Source of the DNA: Candidatus Bathyarchaeia archaeon
Lineage (GTDB): Archaea > Thermoproteota > Bathyarchaeia > Bathyarchaeales > Bathycorpusculaceae
Reading direction: 5' to 3'
Length of the DNA stretch: 64,000 nt
NCBI GenBank assembly: GCA_050010755.1
Contig: JBEKKK010000001.1
Coordinates: 864,001 to 928,000, forward strand
How positions within the stretch are numbered: position 1 is the stretch's first letter; each line of letters begins with the position of its first letter. The position numbers and the translations under genes are program-made. A model generated the notes under the pieces. The model did no database searches. It was not told where the DNA came from and saw nothing but the letters and a program-made list of their open reading frames with translations. Positions 1 through 9,483 of this stretch are shown piece by piece.

Positions 1-1082
1 ACGTGATACCCGCACTGGTCTTCTCCGCAGCATATCACAATTTCTCGCATTCCGCTCACTCCTGCCGCGCCTACGACAACAGGTTTTTCCATGCTCATGG
101 CCTCCAGAACAACTATGCCGAAAGGTTCATAAAGGCTCGGGAACACGGCCACGTCGCACGCCGCGTAATGGAGAATGCGTTCCTCCTCAGGAAGGAATTC
201 GAAACGGAATTTCACGCAATTGTCCAACCTCATGTAGTTTACCAAGTTCTTCAAGTAGTCTTGAAGATCGCCCAACCCCAGAATGACCAGCTTGGCCTTT
301 GGTATCTTCTGAAGAATGTGAGGCATGGCCATTATCAGCTTGTCAACTCCCTTCATCCCGGCAAGCCTGCCGACAAAAAGAATCATGGCCTCGTCGTCTT
401 TAACGTCGTAAAGGCTTCTGATCTTTTTTATCTGTTCAGCCTTCACGTCTTGCGGGTTGTATTTCTGAGCGTCAACGCCGTTGTAGCATACCTGTATCTT
501 ATCTTTAGGAAATCCGAGGCTGGTGAGCTCCTCCTTCATCGCAAAAGAAACCGTGACAATCATGTCGGCTGCCTTTGCACAGTGAAGTTCAATGTTGCTG
601 AGCACTTCCGAACCTTTGCCAAGCGTCCTCCCTTTCTCCGTCGAGTGTACATGAAAAGCGAAGGGCAATCCTCCCTCCTTCTTGACTGCCATGCCGCCGA
701 TGGCTGAAAGCCAGTCGTGTGCCACGACAAGGTCATACTTGATGTTATCCTTTTTCATGAGTTCGTTGACCAGTTTCGAAGCGCTAAGATAGTTGTAAAT
801 GAGAACCTTGGAGAAGAATTGAAGACCTCGACCCCATTTAATCCTGATGTCCTCAGCGATTACGTCCGGCAGAGAATCAGAAATGTCGATGTGCAAGGGA
901 CGATGTATCTCAATGCCGCGCCAAATCTCACGGGTTGGTAGCGTTCCAACATCATCGTTCATCGTGAACACCGTCACATCGTTGTCAGTCAGAACAAATT
1001 TCCTAGTAATCTCGGCAGCGTAGGTTCCCAAACCTCCAACAATCATCGGGGGATACTCATAGACCAGCACAGCCATCTTCAT
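1..1082 (-). CDS. GT4 family glycosyltransferase (glycogen synthase/RfaB-like), 3' end outside window
   Basis: Not in ORF track. Manual minus-strand translation from ATG at 1082: MKMAVLVYEYPPMIVGGLGTY...AHDWL...LFVGRL...PSLYEPFGIVVLEAM, typical GT-B/GT4 motifs; frame open to window edge. Confidence 0.9.
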   Translation of the reverse strand, partial: MKMAVLVYEYPPMIVGGLGTYAAEITRKFVLTDNDVTVFTMNDDVGTLPTREIWRGIEIHRPLHIDISDSLPDVIAEDIRIKWGRGLQFFSKVLIYNYLSASKLVNELMKKDNIKYDLVVAHDWLSAIGGMAVKKEGGLPFAFHVHSTEKGRTLGKGSEVLSNIELHCAKAADMIVTVSFAMKEELTSLGFPKDKIQVCYNGVDAQKYNPQDVKAEQIKKIRSLYDVKDDEAMILFVGRLAGMKGVDKLIMAMPHILQKIPKAKLVILGLGDLQDYLKNLVNYMRLDNCVKFRFEFLPEEERILHYAACDVAVFPSLYEPFGIVVLEAMSMEKPVVVGAAGVSGMREIVICCGEDQCGYH

Positions 1083-1292
1083 GTTTCAGCGTTTCTCCTT
1101 ACCGCGATATCCCTATGGGTATCGAGCTATTGCTTATTTACCTTCCTAATGGATTTTACGTACTTGCAATCATTATCGAAACTCTTCGAACTTCCTTCAA
1201 AATGTCTCAAACCCGCAAATCGTCACTAAGTCGTGCCTGAACCGTGAAAAGCCTATTAGGAACATACGACAAATTAAGACCAGTGCAACAGA

Positions 1293-1868
1293 ATGAGCAT
1301 ATCGCCTGTTAAACGTCTAGTTCTAGAAACTCTGTGGTTGATGGACAGACCTGCAAGAGCTACTGAGATAGCAAAAGAGGCTGGACTTGGTTTTCCGCCT
1401 GTAATGATGCACATTCTCGGACTCACGAAGATGGGACACGTTGAAATGCCCGAAAAAGGAATTTACATAATAACGGAAAGCGGCAAAAGAGTGCTCGGAC
1501 TCCCAGACATCAACAGGGAAAAAGCGACTGAAATCCTCGCCTACCTGCCAATGGAAAAATCCTTCCACTTCTACGCCGACATCGGCAAGCCACTCAACAT
1601 CCACACCGCAAGCCTCGGTGATTTCTGCGACAAAATTCAAAAAGTCAACGTGTCCTCCGTAGAATTTCACATCAACCGCGGCGACTTCGAAGCCTGGTTT
1701 GCCGCGCTGGGCGACGCAGAACTTTCACGGAAAACGCTGCTCATCCGAGAAGAGAAAATAACCGGAGAAGATCTGCGCAAAAAACTCCACGAAGTAGTTA
1801 AGAACCGTTGCGACCTGCTGTCAAAAACAAGGAACACGACACCACGACCAGACCAGATTCAACGCTGA
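1293..1868 (+). CDS. winged-helix regulator fused to DUF5752-like domain
   Basis: N-terminal wHTH (ATEIAKEAGL...Y.ITESG); C-terminal FHFYADIG...SVEFHINRGDFEAW resembles DUF5752; divergent from GT4 gene. Confidence 0.75.
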   Translation: MSISPVKRLVLETLWLMDRPARATEIAKEAGLGFPPVMMHILGLTKMGHVEMPEKGIYIITESGKRVLGLPDINREKATEILAYLPMEKSFHFYADIGKPLNIHTASLGDFCDKIQKVNVSSVEFHINRGDFEAWFAALGDAELSRKTLLIREEKITGEDLRKKLHEVVKNRCDLLSKTRNTTPRPDQIQR

Positions 1869-2140
1869 GTTACCCTAAACTGTCCCTCAAGTTTCTAATG
1901 AACCAGCTAACATGGTCTAAACCATATCCCTCCAGAGCTCAGACAAGCTCCCGCTCAGACTCGCACGCACTGCTGCACACCCATGCCTTCAGGCCCAGCC
2001 AATGCGAATGCCGAACTGCCAAATACGCCAACGATCACCGACCGCCTATAGCGCGCGATTTTGCAGACCCAAACCCCAAACAGGGAATCTGCTAGAAGAA
2101 ACTGTGAAATAATAAGAGCTCCAATACTGGTTACGAGGGC

Positions 2141-2647
2141 GTGCTGATGAGCGAGTTGAGAGTCATATCTGCGAAGATTCCAGACGAAGTCTACAAGGAA
2201 ATGATTCTGCGCATTCCCGAGGGAGACAGGAGCAACTTCATCCGCGATGCGATCTTCGAGAAACTGCAGAAAACGCCCAAACCGGATCGAATCCTCGAAT
2301 TGGAAGACAAATTTGGAAAGATGGAGAAGGACTTCTCACAAATCAAGAAGTACTTAGGAGATCTAGAGCTACTCACATACGAACGAGGAAAAACTAACCC
2401 GCACACCTTTGGAACGGACGAGACAGACCACAAAATAATCGACTATCTCACTCACTACAAAGGAGCAACTACCCCTGAACTGGCCGAATACTTGAAAACA
2501 AACAGATGGCTAATTCTAAACAGACTCAGAAAAATACAGAAAACGTCCAAAAAACAAATTGGAAAATCCCTAATTGAATATCATCCAGAAGAAAAATCAG
2601 GAAAAAAGAAGGCCTGGTGGATGAACGAAGAACTAACCGAAACATGA
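2141..2647 (+). CDS. DNA-binding protein: ribbon-helix-helix + coiled coil + winged helix
   Basis: VISAKIPDEVYKEM...RSNFIRDAI (CopG/RHH-like); DHKIIDYL...TTPELAEYL...RLRKI (wHTH). ATG at 2147 is the probable start. Confidence 0.7.
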   Translation: MLMSELRVISAKIPDEVYKEMILRIPEGDRSNFIRDAIFEKLQKTPKPDRILELEDKFGKMEKDFSQIKKYLGDLELLTYERGKTNPHTFGTDETDHKIIDYLTHYKGATTPELAEYLKTNRWLILNRLRKIQKTSKKQIGKSLIEYHPEEKSGKKKAWWMNEELTET

Positions 2648-2692
2648 TTCGACGCTGCAACAATTAAACTCAGCAAAGACCTCACTCATGTC

Positions 2693-2809
2693 GGGCCCGT
2701 AGCCCAGTCAGGATTAAGGCGTCGAACCACACCACGGTGCGCAAGCCTCCGGACAAGAAAAATGGAAGAAAGCCGGAGAACAGGGGTTCAAATCCCCTCG
2801 GGCCCGCCA
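2693..2809 (+). tRNA. tRNA-Arg(CCG) with two introns (29/30: 2725-2744; 37/38: 2753-2770), CCA encoded
   Basis: Acceptor GGGCCCG/CGGGCCC, T-arm AGGGG-TTCAAAT-CCCCT. Removing both inserts gives anticodon arm TCGGC-CT-CCG-GA-GCCGG. Both junction pairs form BHB-like motifs. AT-rich TATA-like box near 2662. Confidence 0.92.
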
Positions 2810-2881
2810 CTCTTGAACACGCGCTCTACCAAAAATCTTAAAACAATTCCTTTTTCAATGAATACGAGGAGAAAGCACAAA

Positions 2882-3196
2882 ATGGTTTACTGTACCAAAT
2901 GCGGCACCAACAATCCTGACGATGCTAAAGTGTGCAAGAATTGCGGAGCACCATTATACACAACAGGAGAAAGCAGGCATTACCGACAAATGGAAGACGA
3001 GTGTTTTGGGATCCCACGAGGAGGTTCATTCGTGGGCTTGGCTATCGGGTTGATAATACTGTTCGCCGGAATCATATATTTTCTGCAGCAGGCCAACATA
3101 ATTGCGAGTAATGTGAGCGTTTGGCCTTTCGCAGTGATAATTTTTGGGATTCTAATAGTTGTCGGCGCCTTGTACGGAATGCGAAGAAGACGCTGA
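2882..3196 (+). CDS. zinc-ribbon domain membrane protein
   Basis: MVYCTKCG...CKNCG followed by two hydrophobic helices and RRRR tail; the longer ORF-track start overlaps the tRNA and is rejected. Confidence 0.85.
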   Translation: MVYCTKCGTNNPDDAKVCKNCGAPLYTTGESRHYRQMEDECFGIPRGGSFVGLAIGLIILFAGIIYFLQQANIIASNVSVWPFAVIIFGILIVVGALYGMRRRR

Positions 3197-3925
3197 GTCC
3201 TCTCTTCTTATGCCTCGAACGTTGCACGGAATCAAACATGCTCTGCAGATCCTCCAGTGATCCCACTGAGAAAGCAGAATTCTCGTGAAAAGCCAGAAAG
3301 AAATCAGGATTAACGAAAACAAATCTACAAGCAAGCTCGCGGCTGATTCATCTATCCCGAAGAGAATCAGAAAAGCACCGAGGACGAACGCAGAGTTCAG
3401 CATCGATCGTGCGAGACCTGCGAGTTTCAGTTGAAGAAATCCAAGTGCCATTGTCGCCACTCCGATAAGAACGGCCAGAGGACCTATCTGAGGCGATTCC
3501 CATCCTGTAAAGAAATAGAGAGCCGTCCCGAAAAGCGCGCCAACTGCTCCAAGAAAGAGACCTGTACACGCTGCGCAAAAAACGTGCCCCTTAATCCGAA
3601 TCACATGAGCCGAGAACCGGCCACAATCATAATGGTGCCCTCTTGTAGTACCTGGAAAGGTTGAAGCTTGCAAAGAGGAAACTGTCGTCTCCATTCTTCT
3701 TCGGTGACCAAGCGTTTCTGAGCATTTCATTGGGGACAAGGCGAGAATTATTCCAAAAACGCATACGAAGGCAAAAGCTGAGCCTACCAAAGGCTTTCGC
3801 CAACTGAAGGTTCCTCCGAATCCGGTACCACGCCATGCGAGCATGAGGATTGCGAAGAACCCGAAAGCAGACACAGCCACCGAAAAAGGCAGCATGAATC
3901 CGATTTGGTCTTTGGACAAGCGCAC
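3152..3925 (-). CDS. multi-pass membrane protein with Cys/His motif (DUF2085-like)
   Basis: About 6 TM helices; GHHYDC...H...FCAACTG resembles the DUF2085 CARCTG motif; 4 bp downstream of rSAM gene. Confidence 0.65.
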   Translation of the reverse strand: MRLSKDQIGFMLPFSVAVSAFGFFAILMLAWRGTGFGGTFSWRKPLVGSAFAFVCVFGIILALSPMKCSETLGHRRRMETTVSSLQASTFPGTTRGHHYDCGRFSAHVIRIKGHVFCAACTGLFLGAVGALFGTALYFFTGWESPQIGPLAVLIGVATMALGFLQLKLAGLARSMLNSAFVLGAFLILFGIDESAASLLVDLFSLILISFWLFTRILLSQWDHWRICRACLIPCNVRGIRREDSASSSHSVQGADNY

Positions 3926-3929
3926 ACGC

Positions 3930-5348
3930 CTACAGTAGAGACTTGAGCTGTCTCATTACGCCCTTGCCAGCCATGTGCCAAGAGACTCTTCTCTTCATCT
4001 CGTTGCGGGAAAACAATGATCGGAGCCTCCTACTCCAAGAACCGTAGAAGCTTCTGTAACATCTGTAAAGTTCTTCTTGCACTTCTCTGGTTGACAGAGT
4101 TTCTGTTGGCATTATCGCATGAACCATGTCGTAATGAGACCAGTTTGTATCTTCGATCCAGCCGTTTTTTCTTGCTTCGTCGAATATCTGGTTTCCAGGG
4201 AACGGCGTGAGAGCCGCAAACATGACGAGGTCGGGATCCAACTCGTTAGCAAACTTCCGTAGGCGAGCTATTGACTCGGCCGTGTCTTTGCGGTTGCCTA
4301 TTATGAACATTGCTTGGGCAAATATGTCATTTTCTTTAAGCAACCTTATTGCTGTCTTAGCCTGGTCCGGCGTGATTCCCTTCCTGAAGTTTTCAAGCGT
4401 CGAAGGTTCAGAGCTTTCAACTCCAAGAAGAACCCAGTTGAGTCCTGATTTCCTCAACTTGGGCAGGTTTTCTTTGTTTCTGACAATGTCATCGCACCTT
4501 GCCTGAACGAACCAAGTCACGTCGGGCATGTCGCGTTTGATGATTTCGTCAGCGATTTCGTTTATCCGCGTGCCTGCGCCCAGATTGTCATCCGTGAGCC
4601 AGATGAACTTGCTCCCGTAGTTCTCGTGACAGAACTCCATTTCATCTGCAATACGCTCGGGCTTCTTTACCCTGTATTTTCCCTGCCAATGCTGCCATTG
4701 AGTACAGAAGGTGCACGTGTGCGGGCATCCTCTCGCGCCTTCGATCAGGGCATAAGGGGCATCGCGTCTAGCCATTATAGCAAAATGGTACTTGTGAACG
4801 AAATCCTTGACGAGATGGTAGCCAGGGTAAGGTAGTTCTTCTAGGTTTTCGATCAATGATCTGGGAGGATTATGGACAACTTCTCCATGCCTAAAAGAGA
4901 TGCCTTTCACGTTTGAAAGCGCGCTTTTATCTTCTATATTCTTGACGAGATCGGCCATGGTTCGCTCTCCTTCTCCTCGCACTATGATGTCGACGTCTGG
5001 ATACTCCTTCAAACTCTCTTGGGCTGTTACGGTGAAATGTTGTCCTCCAGTGACAGTGACGATATCTGGGATCGCTTGCTTAGCCGTCTGCAACGTTCTC
5101 ACAACGACGTAGGTGTTGCAGGTGGCCAGTGAGCTTGAAGCCACGATATCGGGATGAGATGACAGGATTCTGTTCTCCATGTCTTTCCAATCAACATGCT
5201 GGACGTTACAATCTAAGACTTCAACCTCCACTCCTTCCACGCTTTTCTCTAAATACGCTGCAAGTTGAATAATGCCGTAGGGCGGGGGCAAATAGTCTCC
5301 CATCATGAACCATCCTTCTTTCGGCGGTTCAATGAAAAGAACTTTCAT
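3930..5348 (-). CDS. cobalamin-binding radical SAM protein (class B / BchE-like)
   Basis: N-terminal B12-binding domain (PPYG...LAAYL, GGQH, GEGE); CPHTCTFC CxxxCxxC; GVES, FIIG, TPFPG. Confidence 0.92.
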   Translation of the reverse strand: MKVLFIEPPKEGWFMMGDYLPPPYGIIQLAAYLEKSVEGVEVEVLDCNVQHVDWKDMENRILSSHPDIVASSSLATCNTYVVVRTLQTAKQAIPDIVTVTGGQHFTVTAQESLKEYPDVDIIVRGEGERTMADLVKNIEDKSALSNVKGISFRHGEVVHNPPRSLIENLEELPYPGYHLVKDFVHKYHFAIMARRDAPYALIEGARGCPHTCTFCTQWQHWQGKYRVKKPERIADEMEFCHENYGSKFIWLTDDNLGAGTRINEIADEIIKRDMPDVTWFVQARCDDIVRNKENLPKLRKSGLNWVLLGVESSEPSTLENFRKGITPDQAKTAIRLLKENDIFAQAMFIIGNRKDTAESIARLRKFANELDPDLVMFAALTPFPGNQIFDEARKNGWIEDTNWSHYDMVHAIMPTETLSTREVQEELYRCYRSFYGSWSRRLRSLFSRNEMKRRVSWHMAGKGVMRQLKSLL

Positions 5349-5631
5349 CGCGTCTCCCTCTCCATCAACTTCGTCTATGTGGCAATTGAACTTTTAATTC
5401 CTTTTGGCAAACACTACACTTGCCTTTAAAAGAAGAAGCCTCTATCTCACGGGCTAGGAGTTGTCACTCCAAAAGTGTTGGGCATCGTTTCCGATACTTC
5501 GACAGAAATCGATCAGTGCAAAATGGTCAAAAAGTTTTGAATTCTCAAGCTTGTTTCTCTCAAAACCGGTCACATGTCTTAAACCTTATAAGAAGTGTCG
5601 ATAATTATGAGTGACGCTGGATGTGATGTGA

Positions 5632-6006
5632 ATGTCTAGACAAGATAAAGACAAGAAAGCCATGACGAAAGATCGTCTGATAGGAATGCACGTAATCGAC
5701 AGCGAAGGAAACGAAGCCGGAACCGTTCAAGACATTGCGTTCACGGTTGGAAAAGTCGGCATGACTCTGATTTTGGAAACCAAGAAAGGTGACACCAAAG
5801 AAATCGCATGGGAAGACATACAAGCTGCGGGCGACTACGTCATATTGAAATCATCAGCAAGCCAAACCCAGTACTCTGCCACACAGCCAACAATTCAACA
5901 GACTCAACAAACCCAAACACCAACCTGCCCAACTTGCGGAGGACCCTTAACCTACATTCAACAATATCAACGATGGTACTGCTACAAGGATAGAAAGTAC
6001 GTCTGA
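5632..6006 (+). CDS. PRC-barrel protein with Q/T-rich linker and C-terminal zinc ribbon
   Basis: LIGMHVIDSEG...GTVQDI...I.W..I.A.GDYVIL = PRC barrel; CPTCGGPLTYIQQYQRWYCYKD tail. Confidence 0.85.
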   Translation: MSRQDKDKKAMTKDRLIGMHVIDSEGNEAGTVQDIAFTVGKVGMTLILETKKGDTKEIAWEDIQAAGDYVILKSSASQTQYSATQPTIQQTQQTQTPTCPTCGGPLTYIQQYQRWYCYKDRKYV

Positions 6007-6678
6007 CCCACAAAAAACTTCATTATGCACATTATGCACCTCATCATAATCTCTAGTTTTTTCAGTTGAGCGTAGGGATTTCTTGCGGTTCATATTGGTA
6101 CCGCTAGCTTGCGCTTCCAATGCATAGGTCAGCAGTTTTCACACAGGGGTAAAGCCGATCCACTCATCGGCGGAGATGATTGGTTGTGCATGCGGCGCGA
6201 AGCATGTTGAAAATCTTGGCGTCCCGTGAAACATACGTTCGATGCAACAGCATACGCTGCACGACTAGCATGGCAAGGATGTACAAGAAGAACTCGATTA
6301 TTACTAAGCCAAGGGAGAAGGGGCCACAACCTCTGGATCCAGACGAGAATGAATTGTTCAACCGCAAAAACAGTAATTAGGGCGCAGACAATTGTAGCAA
6401 AAAAGGCAGTCCTACCCTTTCAAGGCTTTCGTTGTTCTTAAATCGAAAGTTGAGAAAACCCCAGCGAAGCCGAGGTATTGCAAAAATAGTTGTATACTAT
6501 GAACGGTCAAGTGTATCCAAGTCTTTGGCGCGCTCAATCATGAAAAACAATCGGGGCGGAAAATTCGAGGACCAGAAAAAGGTTTGTTTTGGGCACGCGC
6601 TGTGGATAAGATAAAAGAAAAGTGGATGTCGGGGGATCACGCGTTTCTCGAGTTGGGCTTTGATAGTATGTGTTTAAC

Positions 6679-7185
6679 TTAGGGCGGAGGAGGCGGAGGG
6701 GGTGGAGGAGGCTGTGATGTGGCGGCAAACACGGTCTGTTTTACTGAAACCACCGTCGTTCCCGCAATGCGATCGGTGTATTTTTGGCGTTGATCTTTTC
6801 CAGGTGTAACGATTCCAAGTAGCCAGTCAATCAAGAGGAAAAGCCAATATATCTTGCTTATGTTGCGGATGAATGCTTTTTCAAACGTAACTTTACTGCC
6901 GTCTACCATTTGCACACGCAGACCTAAGATTTTTTTCCCCAGCGTTCCACCATAGTAAGCGTCCATAAACATGAAGTAAAAGAGTTCAAGTATCCCTAAG
7001 AGAAAGCCAAGTAGGAGGATAGGTCCCCACACGAAAAAGAGACCGCCGCCTAAGACGACAAATATTATCAAGATAGCGTATATGACGCCAGCTACTATGC
7101 CGATAATTATAGAGTCGATTATAAATGCGACGAGGCGTAAGAGCCAATGGTTCATATCTAACTGTGAACTGCTTCCTGTAGACAT
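6679..7185 (-). CDS. RDD family membrane protein
   Basis: RLVAFIID, GGTLGKKILGLRV, Q...DRIAGT.VV; poly-Pro tail. Confidence 0.92.
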   Translation of the reverse strand: MSTGSSSQLDMNHWLLRLVAFIIDSIIIGIVAGVIYAILIIFVVLGGGLFFVWGPILLLGFLLGILELFYFMFMDAYYGGTLGKKILGLRVQMVDGSKVTFEKAFIRNISKIYWLFLLIDWLLGIVTPGKDQRQKYTDRIAGTTVVSVKQTVFAATSQPPPPPPPPPP

Positions 7186-7585
7186 TTTTTCATCTCTATC
7201 CGTTATTTCATCGCAACTCGTTATTATTACTTGCGTTCTTTCCGCACAATCGAAGTTAACACGCTTGCGACAACCGAAATCAGGGAAATGTCGTCGTTAC
7301 CAAAGCCATCAAAAAGGCAACGCGGCCTCCCCCAAAAAAAGGCTCTTGAAGTTCCCAAGCGAGCAGAGTTCATTGCAATGAGCGGAATGCCAGCAAAGTC
7401 GCTGAACCCAACTTAAGCGTATGAAGTCGGCAGGATATGAAAAGCATATCAAGAGCCATAATCAAAATGCTCGGGGAAAACAGGATGGCAACGAACGATT
7501 CTAAAGGTTTTTCAAATGGGCGCATCGACTAGCCATTGAGGCCCCAATACTTAAAAGAACAAAACTGACGCGCAAGAGCAGCTGA

Positions 7586-8137
7586 TTAACCGCTCAGTTT
7601 TCGCGATACCTGCTTTTCAAGGTCGTCCTCGTCTATCTTGAAAGTTTCAGGTTCGTCCTTTTTGAGTATGGCCTTCAATTCTTTAGCCGCAAGTTGCGTG
7701 ACCAGTCGAAGCACTTCTCTTTTTGCGTTTTCAAGATGGTTTCGCAGCATCTTCTTGTCTTGGTACACGGCTCCTGCCAGTTGGCATATCCTGTCCATCT
7801 TTACGAACCATTCAATCTTTCCCGTCTTGAGGTTTACGTCAAAAGTGACGGGTCCTGCCACGCACGTTTCTGGTTTCACGGGGTGAATCAGGCATTTTTT
7901 TGTTTTCGTGTCATGAAACACGCAGTATCCGCCGGCTAAAAGCCTCGGAAAGGCATATCCTTTTCGCACGAAGGGGTTTTCGATAGATATTCTGTTCTCT
8001 TTCAAGTAGGCTTCTATGATTTTTCTGCGTTCAGACGTTACGGGTGGTGTCGTGTCGTTGCAGCAGGAATAACTGGTTCTGCAGTTGCTGCACACGTCGA
8101 AGAAGTTGCTCTGCCTGTTGTTTGCATGCTTATTCAA
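7586..8137 (-). CDS. YkgJ/CxxCxxCC family putative Fe-S or Zn cluster protein
   Basis: CSNC...CC, CVF, CLIHPVKPETC..GP. Confidence 0.85.
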   Translation of the reverse strand: MNKHANNRQSNFFDVCSNCRTSYSCCNDTTPPVTSERRKIIEAYLKENRISIENPFVRKGYAFPRLLAGGYCVFHDTKTKKCLIHPVKPETCVAGPVTFDVNLKTGKIEWFVKMDRICQLAGAVYQDKKMLRNHLENAKREVLRLVTQLAAKELKAILKKDEPETFKIDEDDLEKQVSRKLSG

Positions 8138-8160
8138 GTGTTAGTCTCCGTTTTCGAGAG

Positions 8161-9459
8161 CTAGAAGTAGGGTTGATTGTCCATAAGGCTTTCTGTGAGT
8201 TTTGAGTAGACGCTGACCACCGCTTCTTCAAAGTCTGTCCTTTGGGCCCTACGCAAGACTCTCTCGCGTATTAGATCTGAAAGGCTTCCTTGGTCTATTC
8301 TCTTCTTTACGATTGGAAGGTATTTTTTCTCTTCTGGCGAAGCGTTTTTCCATGCGATTTTGTAGAGGTAATGGCAGACTTCGCGTGCAGTTCGCCCGTT
8401 CGGGCTTTCCGTCGGCGCGTTCAGTCCCTTCGCTATGACGAAGTTGAAGTCGTTCACCAAGACCTCATGGGGCACGAGGTGCGTGTCATCGTTGAGCAAT
8501 CCTCTGAGTAGTGCTCTGATGTAACAGCTTATCGCGACATCCGATTTGATGCATTCCTGCTCGTCCATTACACGTATTTCGATTGCTTTTCTGTCAAACC
8601 TGAAGATTACGCCGCGAGAGTTGATCCATTCCTTGTTGAGGATTAGCTCGTCCGCGCCTGCATGGGCCATTTCAGCCGAATATCTCCAGATGATTTTCTT
8701 GTAGTACTCGCTGAAGGATGACACGTACTCCGGGACAATGTCGCCTGTGATCGAGGGTATTTCGCTTTGGTTCACCTTGTAGAAGTGTAACCTGTTGTCA
8801 ACATCTTCTCCGAATTTACCCTCGCAGATCGGAGAGGAGGCAGCGAACGCGGGCAGATAAGAGCAGATGTTAGCTAGCAGGTTGTGCATTTCTACGCCGT
8901 CCTTCTCGTTCGAATATGGGAGGTTCAGCTGGAAGCTTTGAATATTCAACCAGCCGTGCTGGTTAAGGTTGAACAGTTTGCCGTAAGCCTCGTAAATTTG
9001 GCGGTGGCGGTGCGACCAAATGGCTGTATCTGGGAGCCTCAGCAGAGGGTGCATTCCCGTCCCGAGTAGACTCGCCCGGCGTTTTCTGTGCAGAAAATCC
9101 GACATCACCAAGACCGCGTTAAACATACGTTCATCGAAGGCTTGAGGAGAGGTATAGGGCGCGTTGGGTCTTATTTCCATAACGTGCGATTGCAGCTCTT
9201 TTCCAAAGGTGAAGTCGCCACATTTTGCGGAATTGACTATACGACCATGGAAATCTTTTAGAATCTCATCAACAATTGGTAAAACTGTTAGGTCGTCGTC
9301 AACTACCGCAAATTCATGTTCTGGACCTAGAACCTCAAGGGTCTTGTACGTACTAGTTCCTCTTGGTTTTACTGTTTTCAAAGAATCGAATATAAGCCTG
9401 TGGATTTTCCTGTTCAACCCGCTGTCCATGTGAGGCGCTCCTGAAACCAGGAGATGCAC
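8161..9459 (-). CDS. glutamate-cysteine ligase family 2 (GCS2/YbdK-like) carboxylate-amine ligase
   Basis: GPEHEF, ELQ...E, GMHP, QLNL, SSP, R.G...RF...IEIR..D; start may be ATG at 9429. Confidence 0.85.
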   Translation of the reverse strand: MHLLVSGAPHMDSGLNRKIHRLIFDSLKTVKPRGTSTYKTLEVLGPEHEFAVVDDDLTVLPIVDEILKDFHGRIVNSAKCGDFTFGKELQSHVMEIRPNAPYTSPQAFDERMFNAVLVMSDFLHRKRRASLLGTGMHPLLRLPDTAIWSHRHRQIYEAYGKLFNLNQHGWLNIQSFQLNLPYSNEKDGVEMHNLLANICSYLPAFAASSPICEGKFGEDVDNRLHFYKVNQSEIPSITGDIVPEYVSSFSEYYKKIIWRYSAEMAHAGADELILNKEWINSRGVIFRFDRKAIEIRVMDEQECIKSDVAISCYIRALLRGLLNDDTHLVPHEVLVNDFNFVIAKGLNAPTESPNGRTAREVCHYLYKIAWKNASPEEKKYLPIVKKRIDQGSLSDLIRERVLRRAQRTDFEEAVVSVYSKLTESLMDNQPYF

Positions 9460-9483
9460 GGATTAGAAAGTGAGATTCTGTCT

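Noticed and set aside
3-941. Plus-strand ORFs 3..707 and 717..941
   Set aside because: Antisense shadows of the minus-strand GT4 gene, which has clear motifs.
1869-2095. Short minus-strand frame with an in-frame TGA (possible selenoprotein) and plus-strand 95-aa ORF
   Set aside because: No recognisable family, no redox motif around the TGA and no SECIS-like hairpin seen.
2762-2881. N-terminal extension of the zinc-ribbon ORF
   Set aside because: Overlaps the tRNA-Arg 3' half; the true start is most likely ATG 2882.
6010-6670. Several 60-70 aa ORFs and a CATTATGCA tandem duplication at 6021-6038
   Set aside because: Overlapping ORFs on both strands with no motifs or RBS support; a 9-bp duplication is compatible with chance slippage.
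6679-6712. G-rich tract (possible G-quadruplex)
   Set aside because: Explained by the poly-proline codons at the end of the RDD gene on the minus strand.
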